From positions 16,494,001 to 16,558,000 of the forward strand of contig NC_045697.1 in the NCBI RefSeq assembly GCF_009834535.1: a stretch of DNA of 64,000 nucleotides, given 5' to 3'. This document shows, piece after piece, positions 1-11,672 of this stretch (its first letter is position 1; each line of letters starts with the position of its first letter). The DNA is from Camelus ferus (Eukaryota). The notes under the pieces are model-generated. The model searched no databases, was not told the DNA's origin, and was given only the letters and a program-made list of their open reading frames with translations. The position numbers and the translations under genes were made by a program.

Positions 1-348
1 TAATAGAACGTTATAGATATGAAAATAGAAGTCTCTGTAATGGATGGTTTTTTCCCCATCAAGGTCTCTGAAAGTTAGTCAACGTCTTCAAATTACATTG
101 ATGTGTCATTGTCTTAAATGACTTATATTATACGAGAACATTTGTGAATGCTAATCACTCTGTATTCTTGGGGTAAAATTTACCTTTGAAAATATAGCTT
201 CCTGAGACAGATATTGTATATTATATTTTAAAGTGTATTTGTTACAAGTAATTTTTTTAAATTCAAAATGTGACTTCTAGATAAAGTTTCACATTACAAT
301 AATATCTTTCTCTTCTTTCTGTCTCTACCTGTTTTCTTTCTTGCACAG

Positions 349-820
349 AGTATGAAAGTATCCTCCCAAAAGCTGGAACTGTTCTTACCACTGCAAAAAC
401 TACACCCCTTCAGAAGCTTTGTCTCCAATTTTGATCAAATACAAGCATAGCTATCTTTGTCAAACCTTATTAATATGAAGAGAATTTCTCTTTTGGATTC
501 TTAACCATGTGTTCATAAAATTATTTCTCTATGACTTGAGGATTTTTATTGTCAAGGAATATCTCTCATTTTACACTATTATTGCTTATTGGTCTTAGTA
601 TCCATTGATTTTCCACATTGACTTTTTTTCATAAAATAATAATTCCTATCTTAATAACTAGTCCCATATAAGATATGTTAAATCACATGTAGACAAACAA
701 TCTTTTTGTACTATACAAATACCATTGGTGGTATATCCTTTTTAATCAGAGTTGCAAATTGAGTATTCCATAACAAATGCTGCATACAACCATAATAAAA
801 AACAAAGAAAATTATGAAAT
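349..820 (+). other. Candidate 3'-terminal exon of an unidentified upstream gene or lncRNA
   Basis: A ~40-nt pyrimidine tract ends in ttgcacAG (347-348). Two short frames follow, ending at TAG 448-450 or TGA 432-434. AATAAA lies at 794-799 with a T-rich stretch near 841. Peptides not recognised. Confidence 0.3.
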
Positions 821-1074
821 AAGAAATATTAAGCAAAAAGTTTCTTTCCTTGGTACAGTTATAAAAAGGATTCCTCTATGGATAACCTTTTAATGAATGC
901 TGGAGTGCGGGCTATCCCACTATTGAAACATTGGCACAAATATCTATGCCCCAAATGGATAATCCAGAGTGTAGCATAGTCAAAAATGCACCAAATCCTT
1001 TGATAATTTTTCATCTGTACCTGGTGATGTGGATGATCTGACCCTTCTCTTCTTTCCACCCTCATGTCAGATTA

Positions 1075-1560
1075 CTCTTTGCTTTGCTCAGGATGATCCA
1101 GACACACTGATTCCAATTCCTTGAACACACATAACTCTCTTAGCTCAGAGATTTTGACCCTGACATTTCCTCCATGACCCTGACATTTCCCCCACCTCCA
1201 ACATTTTCCAAATGGCTCTTCACATGGCAGTATCTTTTAATCCTTTGGTTTAGATATCACCTCCTCAGTGAGTTTTTTGGCTACTTGAAGTATGTCTCCC
1301 TATATTGATAGAGCACCTAGATTCATAAATTTCATTTCATTGGGCATTTCACAGGCATCTTCTTTCTTGCAAAATACTCACTGCAATGTGTAATTATCAT
1401 CACAATTATTCAGAGGTTTATTTTCTGTCTTCTTCACTAGAATAGGATCTCCATAAGGACAGGAAATGTGTCTGTATTGATCATCACTCTCTTTCTAGTG
1501 CTTATGGAATAACCGGCACATAGTGGGTATTAACACGTTTTCTGCACGTATGAATGAATC
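1075..1560 (+). mobile_element. L2 LINE 3' end fragment
   Basis: L2-type motifs: tatcacctcctcagtgag, cactagaataggatctccataaggacagg, ggcacatagtggg, terminal tgaatgaat. Confidence 0.8.
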
Positions 1561-1849
1561 ATACACTTACGCCACAGAAATAAAGTGAGTGATAGGTCTA
1601 AATGTCCCCACCCACCACCAGCTTCCGAGGATTTGACACTAAATTCTCCTTCTCTAATGTAGTCTACTTTTACTCTTTTGTTATTCTGTATGATGTGTAA
1701 TAAAATCATGACCTTTGGAGTCAGACAACAGATTAGGTTTATGCTCATTCGGCAAAATAATATGATGTTAGATGTTGGTGAGCTAAATATTGATAGCATG
1801 TAAAGTAAATATTGGGCAGCTATCAGACTAGAAATGGACTTATATGTTA

Positions 1850-2006
1850 TTATTTCTCAAATTTGTCTGTTTAATAAGATCTGGGGCTTGTTAAAAAGTA
1901 GAGATTCACAACAACCCACTCCTCTCTCAGATGGCCTGTTAGATTGACTCTGGACATTTTACAAGAATGCATTTGCTTCTGATGACTAAACATGTTTAGG
2001 GAACAT
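1850..2006. mobile_element. MER5-like hAT-Charlie DNA transposon remnant
   Basis: tttctcaaa...gggcttgttaaaaagtagagattc...ttagggaaca resembles the MER5 layout. Confidence 0.5.
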
Positions 2007-2029
2007 GAGTAGATTTCATGCTAAAAATT

Positions 2030-2860
2030 TTATCCTGAAGATGTGGGAAAACAGTTAAGAAGTTTAAGCATTTTCTAGTGGCTGAATGTAGCAGTCAGAA
2101 TGGAGTAGAGGCAATGATTTGTACAATATTAGATGGGAAAAATGGAGTTGAAATTTGACCAGTGCTTAGATTTATGAGTTGTAAATTTGGGGGAGAAAAA
2201 ATCAGGTCGATAATGGTATCTTCCATTAAAACTGAATTTAGAGAAAGAAGATAGACTTCAGAGTAGAGCGGTGTGTGCACATATGAGTGTGTGTGTGTAC
2301 CTGTGATTGGTGGTGCTTGGGGGTGGGAGGTTGGTCTATGGAAGGATAGAGTTTAGTTTGGGATACGTAGATTTGAAGTGCCTGTGGAGCATTCAGTGCC
2401 AGAAAGCAGCTGGAAACATGGGTCAGGGTTCTGGGGTGGGATCTCAGTTGGAGGGGTTGATAAGAGAATGGTCAGTATAGAGACAATTACTGAAGTCATT
2501 AGAGTAAATGAGACTGGGGAGGAAGAGTGTACAGAGAAAGAGAGAGAAGAGGGATGAGGACAGACCCTCATGGAATCCTAATATTTAAAGGAAAGTTGGA
2601 AGGGAGAAGGATCCAGAAAGGAAACTGACCAATGACCAATGATGTAGGAGGAAATCCAGGGATGAATGATGACAGGGGAAGAAATTGGAGAGGATTTTCA
2701 AAAAAAAAAAGTAATCACAGTGTTAAATTTTGCCAAGGTTAGGTAAGGCTAGAACGCAAAATGCTCATTGCGTTTATAAATAGGAGGATCACTAATAACA
2801 TTTGCTGGTGAACTTTCAATAGACAACAGCAGAATCTGATGACAATGAGTTGCAATATGT
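2030..2860 (-). mobile_element. L2 LINE fragment(s)
   Basis: Purine-rich antisense L2 signature (tttgggatacgtagatttgaagtgcctgtggagcattc...aggacagaccctcatggaatcctaatatttaaagg). Confidence 0.75.
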
Positions 2861-2887
2861 GTGAATAAGGATACAGAGGTCTATGAT

Positions 2888-2975
2888 ACTCAGTTTCTCA
2901 TCTATGAAGTGGATACAGTAATACCTTCCCTGAAGGGCTGATGTGAGGATTAAATGAAATCACAGGTTTCTGACA
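2888..2975 (+). mobile_element. MIR SINE core
   Basis: ctcagtttctcatctatgaagtgg...gatgtgaggattaaatgaaat. Confidence 0.8.
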
Positions 2976-3564
2976 CGCTGTTTAGAACAAAACAGCTATC
3001 CCAAAATATTTTGAAGAAATATTTTTATTCAACATTATCAATACAAGGTGAGGGATTTCATATTAATTCAGTAAAATTCTGTTCAATTTATATGAGTTAA
3101 AAGCAAAGACTCCATTAATTAATGAAGAGAGTGACTCATTTTCATAATTGTTTATTAATGAAGAGGACACGAGATGATGCTTTTGAACACATAGAATTTA
3201 TAAAATTAATCTAAATAAAATATGCTAAAATCCTATCAAGAAATAATAATTTCAGTTACTTTGATATTCTGCAGGGCAAAATAATGCCCTGAAAACAAAA
3301 TTGTATGTATGCAAAACTGATATAATGTAATCAATTTATATTCATGAGTCAATTCTGTACTGCAATCCAGCATTACAATGATGTTTATTATACTGTATTG
3401 CCAGGGAGAAAAAACTGTAGGCACAAGTTATCATTTATTAGGTAGTTAATTCATTTTTTAATTCATAGCTTTAGTGAGTTCTATGAGTGAAACGTGTCCT
3501 TAGGAAGGTTATATGTCTTCTTACTTAAACTCAACGACAACTGAGGCAGACGGGGCTCAGTCCT

Positions 3565-3628
3565 CTTTTGCAGATGACAAAATGGGCACTCAGAGAGAGT
3601 AAGAGTGCTGCCCAGGACACCCAGCTAT
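3565..3628 (-). mobile_element. MIR SINE fragment
   Basis: ttttgcagatgacaaaat...ctcagagagagtaag...gcccaggacacccagcta. Confidence 0.65.
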
Positions 3629-6600
3629 TTAAAGGTAGTACTTGTACTTGGCCTTTGACAGTGTAACTCTTAAGCAAACTAGTATATCTATTTCCTTTAT
3701 TCTCAACATTTGTACTCTAAGAAGCAAGGCACTGGGGTTAACATCTTGTTTCAGCCTCCATAAACAAGTATCTGTTGATGATAAAATATGAGCAGAGGAC
3801 TCTTGAATCTGAGCACGTTGATGGGTATGAGACATCATCCTTTGCTTAATCAAAGACAAATGAGACAATTATATACAACCACAAAGGACTTACTATTATT
3901 AGCTACTACATATCAGTCGAAGTGCATATACATACTAGAGAATGAAGGTTGTATCTATGTTTAACTTGAAAAACTTGAAGGCTGGAGATTTTATCCATAT
4001 TTGGGTCCAGCTTTGTTTATAGGAAATAAGAAATCTGTAAAGATGATGAATTGCTAATACCCTGATAATAGGCAACCATGGAGCCAAGAGTGCAAAAAAT
4101 AACTGGTCAATTCCAAAGTGGCAAAAACTGTGTGCTGTTGGTGAGATGAATAAAATTTACTTTAAAATGTTTCAGTGTAGCCCTCTAGATTATGCTATTA
4201 TAGGTTTGTTAAGTGGTTAAGCAATAAGCATGTGCAGATGGCTGCTCTAATCAGGAATTCACACTCCGAGGGAATCTAGCTAGCATTTTTAATTTAAAAA
4301 CTCTTACTCTAGAATTGGCTTCTACCTGTGCTTCTGCTATCCCATTTAGATTAATAACAATGCTTTACTAAGTAGCCTGGTGATTGTCAGAAAAAAAAAA
4401 GTTGTCAAAATTAGTATCCTATTAAATATCATGGTTAATATTAGAAATGAGTTCTCATTGGTAAAGTATTCAAAAATATTTTTAGAGAAATTCTAACCCT
4501 TGGATTAACAGGGTGTACACATCTAGGCTGCATTTCAAGAACTGGTTCGTAAGGATGAGGTGCCAGCCCATTAGTTGGGGAGAATTCCGGTTGCCATACA
4601 TAGACCATTAAGACCCCCAGCCTCTACCTCTGACCCATTGTTACACTCACCTTGAGTGAATGTTTCGTGTAAGTGATGGTCAGAATACCTAGTAGGACAG
4701 AAGGCTGAACTTATCAAATTTACAGAACCAGTCATGTGGGCTTTCAAAGACTGCTTCCAAATAAATGTTTAAAAAAGAAACAAACTCAATAGTTTGTGTG
4801 AAAGATATTGATTTGAAACTTACTGTTATTATAACCAAGTAGCATGCTTCTAGAGGATTAGCCAGCCCTGACCCTCTTCAAACGTCTTGGTTGGCCCGTT
4901 TTCTACCAGTAAGAATTTACAAGTTATACATGTCTAAATCAGTTTAAGACCATGTGCATGATAGCAATGCACAAGGACCAAAACATAGTGGGGAGAGGTA
5001 TTTTTGATTATTGAGAAATGGTCATAGTTTTGGATAATAAGCTTCATCATCCAAGAGTGGAAAAATCTCATGGAGACAAGCCTGTCTCCATGACCCTACT
5101 CTTAGTCTCCTCTCTGTTTCATCAAGGATGCCTTTACCCCTCCCACTAAGACAAGTATCTTTTCTCATAGTCCAGGTTCCCAGAAAACATTACCAACCAC
5201 TGGTACTCTTTCTGATAGAAAAGCACTGATTAAAAATATTCCACATAAAACCACCTGTTTTTCAAAAGCTTTTCAAAAGCAACTTGCATTCTAATGTACA
5301 CATTAAAATATGTATCTCTAAATATTTTTATGCTAATTTTCCAAATTAATGTGTAACTCTAAAGCACTTTATTATGCGTTAGATAGAGTTTATTGATGGA
5401 TTTCAACAAGAAAGATGGCCACATATGTTATGGTACCTCATATCTATTTAATACTACATTCACAGGCCAGTTTGGAAAATTTAATAGAGTTCTCAAAAAA
5501 AAAAATACACCATTTGGATCAGCACAAAGTTTTGCCTTAACATAGTAGGAATATATTTATATGATATTTAGACAATAGCTCCATTCCATCTATTGGGAAT
5601 ATGATCATAACTTAGAAAGAATATTTGTAGACAAATAGCTTATTCCATAATATTTAGAGGAGAAACATAATGGAATGTGGTCCATTATTAAATTCATTCT
5701 AAAAACGTTTGATTAGAGCACCTGTTAATTCTCTGTCCTTAATTTTGCATATGGATTAGCACATTGGGTGCCAAGGAATTCAAAGTTTCATTTTTGCTAG
5801 GGAATCAATATTAGTGATTGAATGGGACAAGTTCATCTGTCTACCCCGTATTGAAATATGACTGATGTGGTGAAACTACATCTAGTTGGAGGGAGCAGAG
5901 ATATTTGATAGCAAAATAAATGGGATCTTGCCAAAGACCTTCTCCCCCGCTTCTCTTTCTCAGTGACACCTGGACCGGAACCAACGCAAGAACTATCATG
6001 TTTCTGAAATGTTCCAAGGTCACCCTTCTGGGAGTTCTTTCTGCTATCTTCTGTGGACACATGTTTACTCTCATTTTTAAATGAGGTTTATCTGTGGAAT
6101 AAGTTTTTAATAGGAATTGCGCATTTTGAATCAAACTAATGTAATTTAAAGGGGTGGGGGGAGTGATAGTTTTTCACAAGGCACTATTTCCAAATTCCTC
6201 TAGTCCTACAAACTACATCTTCCTCATTTTAGCTGTATTCTTGACAGAGCCTGAGGTTAACCCCCAGGCATAAATGCACATTTTTAGGAAAAAAGTTTGC
6301 ATCCTCTGATGCAGATTTGCATCAAGATTTGTGGAGGGAGGGGGTTTGTTGTGGTTTTGTTTTTACTTGCAAAAGGAACATTTCTTAAAATACTGCATTA
6401 AAAGTCCTTGGCATGGCAGCAGGCAAAAATGGTGAATGCAGGCATGGTCACTGTGGATAGCTAAATATATCTCACCTCAGTGGACTCTTTGATATTTAGG
6501 TTTTCAGTGATCTGTTAAATGCTCTGCACATTTTAAAAGCTGTTTACAGGCAATTCATGTAAGATGGCATAACAGGCAATGGATTGGATTTGCAAAACAT

Positions 6601-7669
6601 GTTTATTTAACAAATTCAGTTTTGCTTCAGTTTGATACTTTGGCGTATTATATTTTTATCTCTTTAAGATTTAGAAAACTTTCTTTAGGAGCCTTCCAGT
6701 TTTTCCTACAAAAGTGTAACAAATACCATCTTTCTTGGTAATCTTCTGAATGGTTTTCACTAAACAGGATTATCAGAATTCTTTTTCCTACTATAGAATC
6801 CTGAATCAGCAAAATTTGCAGCTCTGCTGCATACTTAAAATAGGTTGGCATCAATCTAGTATGGTATTGCCGGCATGGGTCATTTTTTTTTAATCTGTAA
6901 GGTCGTCAGAATATGACCAGTGCATGGAAAGAAAGAATCTATCCTCGTGAACCACTCTAGCGCCGGCCGCTTTTCTATTGCTTTGCCTCTGTGCTTCCAG
7001 AAGACATGGCTAATGATTTTGAATTACAGTGGCCTGGTGACTTGTCAGTGACAGATAGAAATGACAGGCTCCTGAAGTAGCCCAGTCTTCACAACTCCCC
7101 AGTATTGGTTTCTCAGCCATTCACAGTCAACATTCAACGTTCTTTTAGGTACGTCTTAAACCACTATATATCCCCTTTAAGATACAGAGCAGTTGGAAAT
7201 TGGGAAAGGATATTGCCATTTGGTGGAAAGTACAATTTCTTTAATACATGAAGGCTTGGCTTCATTGCATCTGGGAAAAACAATTCAAACAAAAAAGGAA
7301 ACAAGAACTAACCCGGAAGAGCCGTCCTTTGTTTCATTTCTGAAATCCACTCTTTTGCCGAAGTGGTACAATTCACCTCTTTGTAGAACTTGCTCTATGA
7401 GTCCTCGTGTTGCGTGTGTTTGTGGTGGGGCGAGGGGAGGTGTTTGATGTCTCATTTTGTCTCTCACTCATGGTCTCACTTTGGGCTGCTTTCACAGTTT
7501 TTGATCTCTGAAGATGGGAAAAAATCAACTGGAGAAGGTGCTTTCTAAAAGCCCTTGTACCTCCCTTCATGGGGTTAACTCTTCTCCATTGATACCAGCT
7601 TGATGGGGCTGTCAATCATTTATTCTCTCCACTCTAGAAGCTGAGGGAGTCCCTGGAGACACGATTAGC

Positions 7670-8030
7670 TCCTTTAACGAGACCTTTTCTCTCCAGCTCA
7701 CTACAGCCAACAAGTTAGTTACATAATCCTTAAGTTCAACCAATCAGACTCTTTCTGCTGGAAATCTGAATCTCAGCAAGGGAGTTTCAAGATCTGAAAA
7801 CATGGCTGGTGTGGATTTATTCTAACTGTGGCACCCTGATATTCTGGCTGAAGAGTTTTCCTGCCCTGATTGTTCTTATTCTGTTTGAAAATATGTGTGG
7901 GTATGTGTGTGTGTATGTGTGTTTTAGTTTTCTGGTCTATATACTAATTTTGTAAGCTACTAATATCTTTCCAGTAAATTTATTTTTGTTTAAATCACTC
8001 ACAATAGATTTTTATTATTTGTTGCAAAAA
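7670..8030 (+). mobile_element. Old ERVL-class LTR remnant (LTR33/MLT-like)
   Basis: ccaatcagactctttc...ggaaatctgaatct, and a 3' end ccagtaaatttatttttgtttaaat...ttgttgcaa. Confidence 0.5.
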
Positions 8031-8248
8031 AGCAAGCAAACAAAATAAAACAAAACAATAAAACAAAAACCTCTAAAAGATATATCCATCACAAACCCTT
8101 TTTGCGACAAGGTAGGATAGAAATAAATGTAATAATTAGGTAGAAAAGCAAGCTTTGGGCATAAGAATTCAAGTACTGTGGCTGCTATTAGTTCTAGACA
8201 TCCCTTTATAGGGATGATATGAAGAAAGTTTCAAACAGTATGTAGTTT

Positions 8249-8880
8249 TGTTGTGGGCAAGAGATTTTGTCTTGTTGCAGAAAGAATTCAGAGACAAGAA
8301 GCAGAGGTTAAGAAGGCAAAGCAAGGATTTATTAAGGGGTAGGTAGTACGCTCTCAAGGAAAGAGCGGGCAGACCCAGGTGGGTGGCCACCCCCAGTTTC
8401 CTTGGCAAGCTCATCATATGAGTGTACAAATGAACGGGCAGAATATTCATTGGCAGAGAGGGGTTTGGGGTCTTCTTTCCTGATCTTCATCCCAGCTCCA
8501 CCTTCCCAGGTAGGGAGGAGGGATTTTTCATCCTTACTTAGTCTTGATTGGGAAGTTGGATCAGGTCATAATGAACAAAGGGTTACATTGGGATGGGGGT
8601 ACCCTAAACAAAAGGTTACTTTTGGACGGAGGTCATGATGATCAAGAGGTTACATTTGGATGGTGCGGATTCCTGTCCTGTCCCACCCTTCTGCCTCCAG
8701 GACACTTATCAACTCAGAAGGTGTGTGTGTGTGTGTGTTTTTTTTTTTTAATCAGTCCAGAGGACCTTGTTTTTCTTGGTCTGTCCAAAGACCCTCATTG
8801 TTCACAAGATGTATGGTTTTCTGCCATTTGCCCATGTTCCCCATTCTCTGTTCATATCTACCTACCTGCCTGCTCTAACA
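8249..8880 (-). mobile_element. Solo ERV1-class LTR (632 bp)
   Basis: TGTT...AACA termini. Perfect 4-bp TSD GTTT (8245-8248, 8881-8884). Minus-strand AATAAA near 8330. Three internal ggttacattgg-like repeats at ~8580-8665. Confidence 0.88.
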
Positions 8881-9519
8881 GTTTCAAACAGTAAGAAAAT
8901 TTCAAACTAAATGTAGTAAGCACCTACTCTATATCACAATTCATATGAGAATAGATATGAGAGATAAAATAATGAAGTGATTCTCAAGCAGCTTATAATC
9001 CAGCTTAAAAAACAAGCATGAATAGATGATTTCAAAGTCATACTATAACCCAGCTATAGGGCATTCTCATAGGAATCACTGTTTCTCAACTCTGACCTCG
9101 TATATCTCATCACCGAGATAGAATCTAGTCACATCAATGTGTTCATCACCAATACAGATTTTTCTCAAAGACGTGTTAGGGAGGAATATGGATATGGGGT
9201 GTTTTACATTGCACAGCCAAACATCCGCCTCACTTACATGATTTTTGCATGTCTCCTTTCTCAAGCTTCTTTTTTTGTCCTTTCCCTGGGCAATTTTTGT
9301 CCTTTTCTTTCTCTTGCCAGCAAATGTCTTCCTTGACACTTCCTTTCCTCTCACTGACACATTTTTTCCCCTACTAAATGATTAGTCCTTCAAATTTGCT
9401 CTACCCCAACCATCACCCTTCTCAACTAGCCAAGGATCTTCTCGTAACAGGACTTATCAGCCTATTCAACAGCCAATTCTGCAGACAATTACAGAGTACA
9501 AATGAAGGTTTTTTGGTGA

Positions 9520-9675
9520 AGATAGTAAGGTAATTTCTAATCTGGGTTTCAGTCTGTACTTAAAATCTGCTAATGAGCATGGATCTGTGCAAGTCTCATA
9601 CCCTCTCTAAGTTTTATTTTTCCCAGCTTCGCCCAGAACTACCTCCTTCAAGGGTCTGTTGTGACAGTAAACTAT
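9520..9675 (+). mobile_element. MIR SINE (degenerate)
   Basis: tctgggtttcagtctg...gtgcaagtctcataccctctctaag...acctccttcaagggtctgttgtga. Confidence 0.55.
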
Positions 9676-11178
9676 GTTCTTTGTAGACTGTACCATAGTA
9701 TAGATATGTAAGAAAATAACATGCCATCTAGGTGGTATTTTGGCAAGATCACCTTTATGTCACCTTGTCCCAAGATGCCATGAGTTACATGAATTATTAA
9801 ATAGAAGAAACCCAATTGAAGGTATGCAAATGACAAGGAGGGTATCTCAGCTGTCATCGCCAAAAGTTCCCAAGCAATAATCTTTGCCTTGTGAAGTTTG
9901 GTACTTTTATAGCTCTGCCAGCTAACCTGATATTCTCATTTAATAAGTGTTCACTTGGATCCTGTGAGGCTATAATCAAAGACTCTTTATCCATGGTCAA
10001 CTTTCCCTGTCTGTGGAACTTGTTAGAGAGGGATGAGATCAGGGAAAGAGGTGCAAACACATTAAATACTGAAAATACTCCATCACAACAAGCACTCACC
10101 CAAACAACACCCCCCCCCACATAAACACCACCCCTTTAGTGCCAGAATACCTACTTCCTGGTGGGTCTTTTTCCAGGAGTTAATTGTCATGAAAAGGGTT
10201 GTTTCTCCTCTTTCTGAAGATTCACCCTCTTCCAAAACCTGTTGGCTTTCTCAAGAACCAGTCAAACCTCAGCACGAGAAATACTTAAAATCCAGTTGGA
10301 GATTGACTACACTTACAGTATTGAGCTACGTCTGGGGCAACAAGTCTTCCTTTCACTCTTAGAATTTTCTAAGTATCTGTGATATCAGATCCTATTCAAA
10401 ATTACGTATAGGACAAAAGCCTTGTGATTTCCCTGGCACCGGGTTTGGTGGCAGGAGAGAAGAGCTTCTGCAGCTGACGGACACGTGGGCTTCAGCCACA
10501 GTTCAGTCCATTGCTTTCTCGTGGGGCGTGTGTACTAATGAGCACCCCTGAGCAATCAATTTCATCCAACGTGGGCTCAATGGAGTGCTACTGGCATTAT
10601 TGTATTGAAAATAGGCACAACGCCCCTCGTATCTGTAGTGACATAAGACAGTGAAAGGGAGGCATTTATAAACCTCTAAGGTAAAAATTCTGGGAACCAG
10701 TTGCTTTATAAGAAGTAATGATTATGGTAACCTGACCTCACATGGGGAATAAAACAGGAAGCGTTGGTTAAACGTAATTCTACATAGAGCTTAATAGAAG
10801 ACACACCTAAATATGTATTTTTCAATTATTCTGCCCCAACCTGACAGGTGCAACCTTGCCCCACATAGCAGGTCCCACATGGCAGGTCTGTGTAACACAC
10901 ACAACTCTGCCTTTTGCTCATAGTTAACTCTGGTGGCCACACAGACATCTATCATCTGTCCAAACAAGACTGGCCGTGCAGGATCCCAGGGAATCGTGGG
11001 AGGACAGGCCTGACTGCTTCCTCCGGCTGAACGACCTACCACCCTGGAGCCAGCAGAAGCCCCAGGGTGTTGTCAGTGCTTATTGAATGAAAGCCAAAGA
11101 CAAAAAGGTGCCTCCCACAGTGTGACTTGAAATTCAAGCAAATATGTAGAGTTGAACTTGAAGCAAGTAGATAGATAT

Positions 11179-11672
11179 TGTCGACTGAAATAAATGCGCA
11201 GCTTAAAAGTTGAGAGTTATGTTTTATTTGGCAGGAGGATTCGAGCCAGGATGACAGCCTCCCAGATCGCTCTGAGGGACTGCTCCGAAGAGGTAGGGGA
11301 GGAGCTAAGGTATACAGCAGCTTTACAACAAAGACCAGGTAGTTGGAACAATAAAAGATTACTTGTTAACTAAAGAAAACCAGGCATCTCAATTTGAAGG
11401 ACTGAGAGCTTTTCTTTGTATGGGAGGAAGCAAACATTTGGGCTCATTGAATTCATTCCTTTGACAAGCACCTTGCTATCTAGGGCCAGTATCCTGTCCT
11501 TTCTTATTCTGAGTCCCCTCAGGGTGCACCATGGTGAGTGCCTGCAGAGGCTTGGCTGCACACCTGTCCTCACTGGGGGGGGGGGGGGGGGGGGGGGAGC
11601 AACGGCTGATGACTCGATGGCTTCAGCATTCTTTGTTTACTGATATGGTTTGCAGTATTTTTTTTGTTCACA
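11179..11672 (-). mobile_element. Solo ERV1-class LTR (494 bp), MER41-like artiodactyl type
   Basis: TGT start and ACA end. Near-perfect TSD ATAT/ATAA. Minus-strand AATAAA at ~11223-11228. The minus strand starts tgtgaacaaa...ccatatcagtaaacaaagaatg. Family name is from memory. Confidence 0.8.
11575..11597. repeat. G23 homopolymer inside LTR
   Basis: 23 consecutive G. Confidence 0.97.

Noticed and set aside
5940..6090. Plus-strand acceptor cttctctttctcAG near 5963 with short open frames
   Set aside because: No good donor, stops within ~40 codons and no recognisable peptide.
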